A stretch of DNA of 64,000 nt from NCBI GenBank assembly GCA_020137815.1, contig CM035355.1, positions 4,030,001 to 4,094,000 of the forward strand, in the 5' to 3' direction. Shown here piece by piece: positions 23,310-34,948 of the stretch. Source of the DNA: Hormiphora californensis. Its lineage: Eukaryota; Animalia; Ctenophora. The translations under genes were made by a program, and so were the position numbers. Every line of letters begins with the position of its first letter. Position 1 is the stretch's first letter. Under the pieces are notes generated by a model, which saw only the letters and a list, made by a program, of their open reading frames with translations, was not told the origin of the DNA and searched no databases.

Positions 23310-24557
23310 ATACACAACAGAAAGGCTGTCAGCTTTCTTCTGCGTGTTTCATGAACGGTCGATAGCAGCTTGAAGAGATAGCGAGTGGTGTTTCGTGCCG
23401 GTAGGAAGCCCTCTTGTTCCTCATCTGGTATTGATTCCATGGCACAAAGATCTTTAATTCTTTTGTCCATAACCCTTTCAAGCATCTTTTTTTGTAGAGT
23501 AAGAGGGTGGGGGACATAGAGACGGGTGTGGGGGGCTGTTTTAGGAATTAACAATGGGCTTTCTAGTGTATAAAAAACGACTAAAAGAGTGTCAAAAAAT
23601 TAAAAATCTGGTCAAAAATGAAAAAAGACATTTCGGAAAAATTTTTTGTCTCAATCCGACACCATTTCGGAAAAATGCAAAGATTTCAGTTCCGACTTTT
23701 GAAAAAAGTCGTAACGCGCGCGAAAAATTCCCAATTTGATTAATTAAATGCGCGTAATTGTATTTGCGCGTGCAATTTTGACGAGAAATCCATCGCGCTG
23801 ACAAGTGGCGTGTGGTGGACGTGGTACTGTAACGTTGCGTTGATTGATTGAGTGAAAAGTTAAATACACATTATAGGATTAGGACAAATAAAATAGAAAA
23901 AGTAAACTGAAACACTTACACAGTTTTTAAGTCAAACTGTTCAATTTGAACTTCAATCGACTGCAGTTCGTAATTTGATTTTAAAGTCAGTTTGACCCCG
24001 TAAAATGCATGAACTTCCAGTATCATGATCATGCACGAACCACACAGAAAAAAACACATGCTGTTCTAACATGATGGGCGATGGTTATCCCGAATGATAA
24101 TTCGGGAGGAGAGGAGGATGCATCCGGGTGGAGATGTGTGGAGGAATAGAGCGGGAAGTTATCCTGTACTGGTTGGTATCCAGGAATAGGGACATCCCAA
24201 TTATCCAAGATCAGTTATCCGTATCCAGATCCAGAGGAACGCTGAAAAGGTCACGTCTTGTTAATTAAATTAAACAGATCAGGGATCATGCCAGAACGGT
24301 ATAAATTGGGATCAGTAAGTCACTGATCAGTAATCCGGTTTACTAACCCGGGTTCCGGTTACCGGAACCTGGATAACTTTGTTGAGTAAGGGGAATAACC
24401 TGGATAACTGCAAATCCCTAGGGATTTGCAGTTATCCAGGTTCAGGGATCCCTGATAATTTTGGAAACTGGGGTATCCAGACGGAAAACCCGGGTACCGT
24501 CTGGACGACGTCTGGGGCAAATGAATATTTGCCCCAACTAGGATAACTTCCCGATAA

Positions 24558-25138
24558 GGGCGCGATCACACCAAGATCTTCGAAACAATTGCTTCGAAGA
24601 ACCAAGTTGAATCACACACAGATCTTTCCTTTAGTTGGTGCAAGTACGATCCTTATATGGAGCGAGCTCGCTCTCTCCAATGTTATCCCCTCTTTCGAGC
24701 TCTCTCTCCCACTCGCTTTTTCTCCCCATATAAGGGATAATTGCGCGGGAGAGAGTGAGTGCGAGAGAGAGCTCGAAAGAGGGGATAACATTGGAGAGAG
24801 CGAGCTCGCTCCATATAAGGGATAATTGCGCGCGAGAGAGAGTGAGTGGGAGAGATCGAGCTCAAAAGAGGGGATAACATTTGGGTACGGTGCACCCTCT
24901 CTTTTTGGGAGGGGCCCCCATCCCTAACTAAACGTAGCGCGCGCGATAACATGAGACTGAGAGAGACAGCGCAGGAGGATAGAAGAAAGAGGGGATATCA
25001 TACCCAAGGATAACATTGGAGAGAGCGAGATCGCTCCATATAAGGATCGTACTTGCACCAACTAAAGGAAAGATCTGTGTGTGATTCAACTTGGTTCTTC
25101 GAAGCAATTGTTTCGAAGATCCTGGTGTGATCGCGCCC
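24558..25138. mobile_element. PIF/Harbinger-like MITE with ~130-bp TIRs
   Basis: GGGCGCGATCACACC...GGTGTGATCGCGCCC, with near-perfect long inverted repeats flanked by TAA / TCA. Confidence 0.8.
24881..25007. mobile_element. 127-bp Mutator-like MITE nested in the Harbinger MITE
   Basis: TTGGGTA...TACCCAA termini with 9-bp TSD GGATAACAT. Second copy at 52453-52578. Confidence 0.75.
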
Positions 25139-25140
25139 TC

Positions 25141-25320
25141 AGGGTCAGCATACACCAACGTTAAAATTAAAATTAAAAGTTGACGTTTTTGGTCATAACT
25201 CTGCCATTTCTTGGCAAAATTGCTTCATTTTGGGCTCTTTGGAAAGAGGACATCGAGCCCGTTCTGAAGAGCTCAAGAAACTTAAAATCGGTGCAAAGTG
25301 TGTGGCGTTAAGGCGCATAA
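25141..25320 (+). repeat. Dispersed repeat end (AGGGTCAGCAYACACCAACG...), also at ~31005-31180
   Basis: Two highly similar copies in the window with a Harbinger-like terminus. Confidence 0.6.
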
Positions 25321-26254
25321 TCAATTGAAATGAGACTACCCAACACTGCTCCGATGTACTCTCCTACCCTGAAAGATTCATTTATTCAACTACAGTCGAA
25401 CCCCAATTTACCGGGATCCTCGGGGGAAGCCATTTTGCCCGGTAAATCGGGGTGATGCATTTTTGACCCCTAATAGATCTAATTTTCACGCTGCAGTTTC
25501 AACGACACACTAAGCTTTGCTTAGCTATTACACTGCTCTGATGTATTCTCCTATACTGAAAGATTCATTGATTTAACTACGTATATCAAAAATTTTCAAA
25601 TCATTCTTTTCCGTTGAATGATATTCAAAATATGCTAGTATGTATTGGAAAAATATTACAATTTGAATTCTACCTGTTTCTAGCTTTAATAGTAACTTTC
25701 GCCTCTGCTCTCTCTTGATTTATGTGGTGACTTTCAACGTAACATGTGAAAATGTATATCCCCTCCTGAAATGATAATGCCCAAGTTACAAATTTGGAAA
25801 CTGGTATCAGTTTCCAGCTCCAGGTTTCACATCGAAGTGATGACACTACGCACAGCGCTACTTTCAATGCAATTCACATCGAAATTTGGTCACGTGATCG
25901 TGGATGACCCGCACAGCATGCAGTTCATCAGGAGTCTCCCAGCTGGAAACTGGTGTCTGTTTCCAACTTCACGAACTTGGCATATGCGCTGCAGACCCCT
26001 AGTGCACACGTTTCCCAATTTTATTGGGGACTGCTTGTTTTGTTCAAACCTTTTTATTTTATTTTATATCGGGGCGCGGGGAGGGCGGGTCGAACAAGGC
26101 AAGGGACTGCAGCGTAGGCCATGTTTTCAACCTGGCAAACCAGAGCCCGTTTTGATCCTCAAAACGAGGTTTTGTTCTTCCACTCATTTTAGAGAATTAG
26201 TTTACTAAATTAAATAATTAGATAAATAAGTAAATGATTTAATTATTGAGTAAA

Positions 26255-27930
26255 TAACAGCCTACTGAACAAGAACCAATCAGGATATAGGGTTGGCCAT
26301 AGTTGTGAAACCTTGTTAACCGGTATGTTTGAGGATCTACTTGAGGAAATGGATAGAGGAAATGTCATGGCACTTCTTTTACTGGACATGAGTGCTGCAT
26401 TCGACACCGTTGACCACACCAAGCTGGTCCAAGTGTTGAATAGTCGGTTTGGAATCTGTGGAGCAGCGCTCAATTGGTTTGAGAGCTACCTTGGAAGCAG
26501 AAGCTACAAAGTTAACGTTCGAGGAAAACTCTCTGCCCTCTGGAATTGTCAAGCTAGTATGTGGTGTCCCACAGGGTTCTCTGTTGGGACCTGTCTTGTT
26601 CCTTCTGTATGTGGAGGAACTCCAAGACCTTGTTGAACAGTATGGGCTGAGGATAAAACTATATGCTGATGACTCACAGTTATATATGAGTCTGGTTCCT
26701 CATGATGATGAAGGATGGCTAGCAGTGAAAGGTAATGCTGAGGATTGTTTAAAGGAGGTGAAGGATTGGATGGTGAAGCACTGGCTGAGGTGTAATGAGG
26801 CCAAAACGGAGCTATTGTTACTTGGAAAGAGTGGAGCTCTAGAGAAGCTAGCCTATGAACCCTCAATTGTTTTTGGAGGCACGGAAATCTTTCCAGTGGA
26901 TTTTAAAGGAACTACAGGTAAAACCCTTGGCGTCTACCTTGACAGCCAACTCACTATGGAACGACAGGTTAACAGTGTCAAGAGACAGTGTGGTATGATC
27001 CTGAGGAACCTTTGGCAGATCAATCGATGTTTGGACCAGTCTATGAAGATCCTCCTTGTCAAGCAGTTAGTTATTTCGAGGTTGAACTACTGTAACATAC
27101 TGTATTGTGGACTCCCGAAGAAACACATCAACAGCCTACAGAAAACACTCAACTCTTGTGTTCGGTTCGTCTATGGTCTACACGGACATCAAGATGATTA
27201 TGCTCCCTACCTGAAGGAAATGCATGTCCTTCCTATTGAACAGAGGATTGTGTTCAAGGCATGCCTTACAGCATATAAAGTCGTTCATCGAACTGCTCCA
27301 GATTATCTAACCGACAAAGTGCCAGCGTGTGAGGATGTGGATAGCTTGCGTTTTACCAGAGCCAATGCTGTTCCGGATGAGTTCAGGCTCCAGTACCCGA
27401 AACTCTCAAGTGTCAACGCTAATTCTAAATTGAGGAGAAGGCGACCCCAACGAACTTCCTTTGGACATCAGATCTCTTCTGTCTGTTGATTCCTTCAAGA
27501 CAAGACTTAAGACCCGACTCTTCACTGAGGCTTATGGCGTAAGTACTTCCTGAAGGCTTGTATCAGTTTTTTATCTCCAGTGTGTTTGGAACAGTTGTAT
27601 CGGTTTTTATATTAAGCATTTTTTGAGGGTTTGAAGCACGAGTGGACAGAGTGTGAAGCAGTGTGAATTTTGTATACCAAGGATTCTTTTTGGACAGTTT
27701 ATCGTTATATGTCAGTTATTTTCTTCAGTTTTTCCCACGATATGTGAGCCGTTGTAAGTCAGTTATATTCCATTATGGTCTTGATAGAGTAAATTTTTTC
27801 CCCTAGCTTTGTATCCCGCTCTGATTGTCTTTCAGTGGCAGCAGTTATCTTTTGGTCTGTTGCCCCTGGAGGATATGGGCGGAATATAAGCACGTCTATT
27901 ATTATTATTATTATTATTATTATGTAATTA
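26255..27930 (+). mobile_element. 5'-truncated CR1/L2-like LINE (RT, frameshifted) with (ATT)n tail
   Basis: NQSGYR, LDMSAAFDTVDH, GVPQGSLLGP, YADD; tail at ~27898-27922; TSD AATTATTGAGTAAA (26241-26254, 27931-27944). Confidence 0.88.
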
Positions 27931-27968
27931 AATTATTGAGTAAACTAATTCTCTAAAATTATCAATTG

Positions 27969-28860
27969 TCATACCATTTCCGTTGTGTTGACGGTTAATA
28001 CTTGTCCGTAGTTTCCCTTGGGGTGTGATTCGCTAATGTTCTTCACCGAGCACCCTCCATCGTTTAGTGGCACGTTACACTTGTTACCCACGGCGTTATC
28101 CCAACTCACTATGCTGTGCGCTATTAACTCATCTTTCTGTATTAAGTAGAATTCTTTGGTTGGTGGTTTTAGGTATTTATACTCGCACACATTTTTTGCA
28201 CCATAAAAAACAAAATTGAATTTCGTAAGTTTCTCCGGGCTCCCTTACCTTTCGTTTGAACCAACGCAATCGTTCTTTTGCATTTGTATGAACAGTATTA
28301 TATCCCAGAGTCTCCTCATACTGGACACGACATGTCAACTCAGCGAGATTTCCAATAAAGTGTGTGCTTTCCTCGGGGTCCAGATACACCGGATGTATCC
28401 GATACACCGTTTGTGGATATTTCAATTGGGGTGATAGAATGGTCAGGTTTCCTGAAATATATCGTGAGTTGATCAAGGAATTTATAAGCACGACTCTACT
28501 AGGCCTATCGAATACCCTAAGGCCTAGTCGAGACTCATTTTCTTGTAAACAATACAAAAACGCGTGGCTATTTCATCTCCGTGCTAACATTTGACACTCC
28601 CTGCCTGTCAGAGGATTTACCTGTCAGAGCATTGGCCTGAGTACAGTACAATGTACACGCCTTGCTCCTGACTTACCTTGTTACTCAACAAGACTTACCA
28701 TAGTGTAGTCGACACGAGGCGTTCACTCCATGATGCAGGGTATAGTTTTTATAAATTCCAGTTCCATATGCGGCCCGTCCGCGTCCTCAACAAACTTGGA
28801 ACTGGACAGGTCAGCTGTAAAGTTGCTACCATTGTCACTTAGGATAATATCTGTAAAAAG
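27969..28860 (-). pseudogene. Degenerate retroviral-type integrase plus C-terminal fragment (BEL/Pao-like)
   Basis: IILSDNGSNFT (~28850-28818), then SWSERLV and LINSLINSR...ILSP, colinear with BEL integrase motifs SDNGxNF, WERLV, LNSRP and LTP. Stops and frameshifts present. Confidence 0.5.
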
Positions 28861-28922
28861 GGTATTTTAAAATACAGGATGATAATATGGCGTAGCATAA
28901 AATGTTAATTAATTAGTTGATT

Positions 28923-30395
28923 GGGGGGGGGGTCCAGCCCTAAAAAAGCTAAAGGTACCCTGATTTTGGTCGATGGCTTTTTTATGTTGGCTTTTTTTAG
29001 CCTTTTTTAGCCTTTTTTAGCTTTTTTTAGCCCTACTTTTTATGTTTTTTTCAGCATTCATCTTGACACTTTTCCATTGAATTTTTATCCTTCTGGACGC
29101 CTATTGACTGTATTTGTTCATTTCCTGCACCTTTTTTACCATAATCTACCGTTTATGTCCATTAGGGTGTGCTATTTTTCCCAACTCATAAATCAAATCC
29201 AATTTTCACATAAGTTACCCCTAGAATGAGTTCCTACGATCATTCTAAAACATTTGGTAAAAAAATTTTAGTCCTACCCTGGCCCAATTACGTGGGCCGA
29301 TGTATGCCCATATATGGGCATATTCATATTAAAAAATGTTTTTTTGGGGCGTTATTTCGAAAAAACCACACATATGAATCGCCTCATGAGAACCAGTACA
29401 ACCATTATTTCCAGTCTGCACCTTCAGAACTCCATTTTATAATGAAAAATTTATTTTTTTTCATCTTTTTTTCTTGCACATTTTCCTACTTTGCAGTATT
29501 AGTGGAGACAAATTTTAACTTTTTGAGATTTTATTTGTCGGAAAGCAAATTCCGGTTGTAACCGACTAATTTTGACCTGCTGAACACGATCCCGTTCATG
29601 AAAAAGCTCTCAAAATTGAAGAAAATGACCAAAATGAACATTTTTAGTCAAAAATGAACATTTTTAGTCAAAAATGAACATTTTTGGTCCAAAATGAACA
29701 TTTTCAGGTCAAAAATGAACTTTGGCTACTTTTCATGATACACATCCATTCTGATCGGTATCACACCGCTGAACACGACCCTGACCATAAAAAGTTGATA
29801 TCAAGAACATGCCAAACACTGGTGTAAAACACACAGATTTTCCTTTTTCGGTATAAAAAAAAGTAACTTTTTAACTCGCTGGCACCCACGTAATTGCCAT
29901 TTACACTACCCCGATGCTTTTGAAGGACCCCTCCTTGTGTTTAGACAATTGTCCATAGTTTATATCTAGGGGTAAACATGGGCCAAGTCGACAAAATTTC
30001 AACCTTAGCACACCCTAATGTACATACAAGCAATTTCTGTATCCACCCTACGGCCATTTTCTGGCGAGCTATTGGCGATAAAGTATTAGTCAAATTGATT
30101 AAAAAAGTTGTAAAAGAAGTTTTAAAAAAGTTCAAAAAAAACGCTTATTCAAAAGTTTCTACATATAAAAGGTTCTTAAAAAAAAATTGGAACCGTGAAG
30201 AGGGGAGTTGAGAAAAGATATATGAATCAATTTAAAAACTCAATTTTAGGCTTTTTTAAGCTTTGTTTTAGCTTTTTACCGCCTATTTAAAAAGCTTTTA
30301 AAAAAAGCCAAAAAAGGGCTTATCTAATAAAAAAAAGCTATAAAATAAAAGATAAAAAAGCGCAAAGGTACACATGGATTTTGGACGAGGGATTG
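28923..30395. mobile_element. Mutator-like MITE (G-run TIR, TTTTTTAGC repeats), interrupted by a hAT MITE
   Basis: Left end GGGGGGTCCAGCCCTAAAAAAGC is colinear with 42668-43295; right end degraded. Confidence 0.7.
29163..30017. mobile_element. hAT-type MITE
   Basis: TIR TAGGGTGTGCTA/TAGCACACCCTA; 8-bp TSD ATGTCCAT/ATGTACAT; empty site visible at ~42903. Confidence 0.85.
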
Positions 30396-32499
30396 GACGT
30401 TGTAGCGGAGGAGCTGACTAGTGAGAGATTCGTTTCTCTGTGCCGTCCCATTGTAAATTTTAATCGCGTGCGTGGTAAAACGAGGGCGGTTGAAGTGAAG
30501 TGAGAAACGGTCAGATCATAGCGAAATAGTGGGAGAGAGAGTGGGGCGGGGATAGGGGATGGATAAAGAATTGCGGATCACGTCATCACTTATATATGCA
30601 CAATTGATCAAGCGTACTGGAAAAGTTTACTGACCTAGTTGTGTGCGTGTCGGAGTTATTTAGAGCTACTTTGGTGCAACAGGGTGGTGTGAAGTATGAC
30701 GTTTCTGTTTAAAATAATTCTAATTTTCTAATCCGGTCCCTTGATTTACACCGAGTCAGCAAGTTCACTCAAGTAGAACACAGACTTGCATATCCAGGAT
30801 GCTGAGCATTGCAAGGAGCAATGGAATGGGGGGTATGCCGTCATATCTGACATGATTTATCCCATAAAGCTGTAAAACACTAGATAAGAAGAACCATTCC
30901 CTCGCCAAAATACCTAGCAAACTGGGTAGCAACCTGGATTATCCAGTGGATAGCAAACCAGAATAGCAACCAGGATAGATTGCTATCCTGGTTTAATTCG
31001 AGTTAGGGTCAGCACACACCAACGTTAAAATTAAAATTAAAATTGACGTTTTTGTCATAACTCTGCCATTTCTTGGTAAAATTGCTTCATTTTGGGTTGT
31101 TGGAAAGATCAGGGCATCGAGCCCGTTCCGAACAGCCCAAGAAACTTGAAATCCGCAAAAAAGTGTGCGGCGTTACAGTGCAAAATGTGTGCGTTAAATT
31201 TTTAAATTTAACGTGCGCACTGCGCATTTCTAAAAATGTTCTTGCTCGCCTGTTTTCCATCATCTTGACCGTCCAATCAGAACCAGTAGTCTCCACTTCC
31301 GTTCCCCCTGCACCACCAAAACCGACCTGTGGAGAGAACACAGCGGATCCCATTACCATTGGTCAGGGTTTGATGCCCATTTATCATATGTGTGAATGAA
31401 TGTGATGTATTGTATGGTCTATGTATATGGATTACCTGACCAAAACGCGGAGTTTTTACGTCAGCCGACCCGAAACCGGATTAAATTTTGCCACCCGCTG
31501 GTCTCAGGGCCTCCAAATATGTCAAAATATGTCTGAATTGTCATTTGGGGTCATTTAGACCTTGTAATTACATGTAATTACCCTTTAATTACATGTAATT
31601 ACATTTTAATTACATGTAATTACTTCCAATTACATTCCAATTACTTCAGCACCTCAAGAGCTTTCGAACGCACCCTAGAACACCTTTCTACTCCTTCTAA
31701 TTGCCGAGTTCTGTATACCCCTTATTTTGACTGTTTTCGCGTCCTACCCCTTATAGGTTTGGGTATGGCCATCGCCACACCCCCTATACGTCGCGGGACC
31801 TCGAGACCTTTCCAACGAGCCATAGAACACCTCTCTACTACTTCAGGGGGCTTCAAAACTTTCACTCTAAAAAATATCTATGGTTATGGTTTTATGGTTT
31901 ATGGTTTTATGGTTTTTTTCCATCTGGTATTAAGGGCTGTCGGCTCGGCCCGTTTGTTTTAGTTTTAGGGGGGATGTTTTAGGGGGGATGGGTGAGTTTG
32001 GGTTATATTCGGGTCGGGGGGCCTTGCCAGGCCCCGAAGGGGGGATTGGTGACATAGACACCGTGCGCGACCAAGATTGAGCGGGGGGGGTCGCGCCAGG
32101 TGTCTAATTGTCACCAAATGGGGGAGGGAGGAGGTGAGACATACCGAAGGTGAGATCACGTGTCAACAATCAATCAAACATGACTAAGAAATAGTTTGAG
32201 GCTAATTTATTCACTGATTCATATGTCAGGGTGTCCTGTATCCATATCCATGCTGAGTCAAAAGGCGGTCGAAAACTTCGGTGTGTCTCTCACTAACGAA
32301 TTTCCATCGCTGCTTTGGAATTTTTGTCTCATTGACACTCTGTTTCCTTCTCCAGAATGAGCTGTTTGATGTTTGATTCTGAAAACAGACAGTGCCCTCA
32401 GATCGAGCCGGCGCCGCCAGACAAAGAATGAAAGAAACAGTCCGAGCAGTGAGCACCTGTAATTGCGAGAAAGAGTCACCTAATTTAAATATTCCACAG

Positions 32500-32615
32500 G
32501 CTAATTCAGAAGGTTTATCAGAGGAATATTCCTGCTCTGTAAATGAAGACGAATTAGATAGTGATTGTAGCGAGTACGTGATTTCTCTGATGGAGGCCGG
32601 TAACGCCACCTTTTG
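32500..32615 (+). pseudogene. Orphan exon paralogous to exon 2 of the secreted-protein gene at 33756
   Basis: CAG|ANSEGLSEEYSCSVNEDELDSDCSEYVISLMEAGNATF|GTAAGT versus NNSEGLPEKFSCTVNKKKQGKCAEHLNALMKNDNTII. Confidence 0.55.
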
Positions 32616-33556
32616 GTAAGTAACAATTGTAAGTACTCGTCGTATCTCTTGTTCTGTCTGGCGCCGCGACCCCATCTGAGCTCATATAAGACTGTCCTCT
32701 CCCGTGAGGCCGCGTAGTGCGCGATGTACAGTCAGTGCCTGACAAATCTGAGCGCACTGTCGAGAATCAAATTTGGGTATGGCGGCTGGCGCCGCCGCCA
32801 TACAGCCCTTGTTTATATTAGTTTTTCTGAGAAAACACTTCTCCGGTTCACCTTCTGAATTATCAGACCCTCTGGAGAGCTGCCATGATTGGGTGACACA
32901 GCTAAACACTCCCAAGAAGGAAGAAAGTACTTGAAGGTGAGATACAAAGTTCCAAAAGAGTGACCGAAAAGATACATGTACAATATCCAACCAAAATTAG
33001 CAATAAATGAGCAGTCTTCAAAGAAACAACCATTGATGTGGTTTAGGTGTCCAAGTCATTAGTTTATGATTAGACGGTCAACTTCCAGTCAACTCCCAGT
33101 CAACTTATAGAGACAACGTACAGACAGGACCCGTCGTAAGGCATCGCGTAAGGCACATTTTAGCGTGCCCGCAAATTCAAAGTAGGGGTAATTTCCGTAC
33201 CAAATGAAGTTCGCGTTTTTGAAGCATTTGGTGCAGTATCGTATTGTTATGTAACTGTGTGGCGATACTCAGAGAACGGGGTTTCTACTCCTTCTTCAGA
33301 GATATATCAATCTGGAGTCTGGGTTAGGGATTACCACCGTACCACGTAGAGTTTTCTACATACATATATCTCTCATTTTACACCCAATCCCCACTCATTT
33401 TATACTCACTACTCAGCCATCAGTTAGGCCATCTAAAAAGGTGATTCCACTTCATTTTGACAGAAGATAGATAGACATTCCTATAACAACATGTCAGGTA
33501 ATAAGAGATGGGGGCCTGAAGCTCAGACAGAGAGAGGGGAGTAACTGACTAGTGGC

Positions 33557-33665
33557 CAGGAACCGACCGACACAAGTAAACAACCAACCAGAACTCGTTA
33601 TTTAGGTCACGTGACTGGTTATCAGCCAGTCAGGGACCAGTATTTACTGATTCGGCCGGTTCCTG
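33557..33665. mobile_element. 109-bp hAT-type MITE
   Basis: CAGGAACCGACCGA...TCGGCCGGTTCCTG; flank CTAGTGGC is repeated after a 6-bp filler. Same family as 53348-53456. Confidence 0.8.
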
Positions 33666-33755
33666 CTAGGACTAGTGGCAAACTGTTCTCTGAGTACCGA
33701 AATTGGGCACATTCCATGATATGCCAATACCAATAATTATTCTTCGTTTCTCAAA

Positions 33756-34545
33756 ATGGTCCTCTTTGTGTTGTGTTGTCTCCTTATACTTCTCCAATCG
33801 ACTGTCCGATCAGAGAATGCGACTGTCCAACCAGAGAGTGCAACTGTCCGATCAGAGAGTGCAATTGTCCAATCAGAAAGTGCAACTGTCCAACCAGAGA
33901 GTACAAATGATGCCACTAGTACTTATCAATATCATAGTTCTTCGACTACAAAACCTCCTGATCAAAAATGTGATTCGTCAGAAACAACTACGATAAGCAA
34001 CGGCTTGACGATTGCATTTGCCAAAAAAGGACTTCGGGTGAATATTGTTCTTTTACTTTTAGGAGCTTACAGTCGGACCCTGATTTGCCGGGTAAAACCG
34101 TTTCCCCCGAGCATCACGGTAAATCGGGGTCCGACTACATCATTAACTTTCTTTCTTTATACTGAACCTTCTTGGGAAAAACGATCGTGTCAGATTGGGA
34201 AAATGTCACCCTATATATTTGCCATCCCCAGAATAATTCAGAAGGGTTACCGGAGAAGTTTTCTTGCACAGTAAACAAAAAGAAACAGGGTAAATGTGCT
34301 GAGCACTTAAATGCTCTGATGAAGAATGATAACACCATCATTGGTAAGGGATCGTGTAATTATTAATTACATAAGTAATTCAGCTAATTGTCACTGCGCT
34401 GGAAAATACAGTTCTGGGTATTTCCCGTGTTCCACGTCATACTCCTAGGATCTTCACGTATTGTCGGCGTACAATCACTAATGGATCCGCTACAAATCCT
34501 AAGGATACTGATCGGTGCAAGGATATGGGTCTTGCACGCTGCTAG
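33756..34545 (+). CDS. Small secreted protein (~175 aa): signal peptide, 7-aa Ser/Thr repeats, Cys-containing C-terminal domain; function unknown
   Basis: Exons 33756-34037, 34232-34343 and 34412-34545 splice in frame via GT-AG introns. Hydrophobic N-terminus MVLFVLCCLLILLQ; (ATVQPES)-like repeats. Confidence 0.6.
34070..34137. mobile_element. Minimal ~68-bp pogo-type MITE in an intron
   Basis: TA|CAGTCGGACCCTGATTTGCCG...CGGTAAATCGGGGTCCGACT. Confidence 0.7.
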
Positions 34546-34717
34546 ACCAGCAAGGTTTTTTTGGGCTGGAAACCCCAGTCCGTAGGTTGTCGAGCACGCT
34601 CAAGGGGAGGTCTAGTTACCCTTGTAGCGCCTAGCATTTTACAGTCCGTGCTGACGGCTCGGCTCACCCTACACACTACGTGCAGAAGGTTATAGTACAT
34701 GAATGTACTATGTATAT

Positions 34718-34948
34718 TTTTTATGCCTATCTAAGTTGGTTCGTATTTTATGAGGCCCGTATTTTCATCAATAAAAGTTTATCTATGGTGTGTTTAAATC
34801 TAGATTTTAATAGTGTGTGTCATAAGTAAGGAAGGTGTTATAATTTAGGTATACCGCTCTGACGCTGAGCAGTGTCAGTCAAAATTCAGTTTGCTGGCCC
34901 TGTTTTGCCTGGGCGGTATACAAAAACTTATATTATTATTATTATTAT
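34718..34948 (+). mobile_element. Short LINE 3' end / SINE with (ATT)n tail (duplicated at ~37331-37562)
   Basis: Terminal stem GTATACCGCTC...GGGCGGTATAC resembles the 3' end of the LINE at ~27810-27890; empty site at ~42280-42290. Confidence 0.65.

Larger units (their letters stand above)
16141..23555 (-). mobile_element. 5'-truncated LINE (I/Jockey-group-like RT with C-terminal CCHC), split by two nested insertions
   Basis: Fragments 23310-23554 (EQEGF...AFLLC), 21392-22075 (IDFQKAFDSV, GLPQGAVLSP, FADD) and 16434-17305 (CLECG...HKLFEC). (AAT)n tail at ~16142-16157. Confidence 0.8.

Noticed and set aside
25255-25285. Hammerhead-like CTGAAGAG...GAAAC
   Set aside because: No stems II or III, and the paralogous copy at ~31125 lacks the core.
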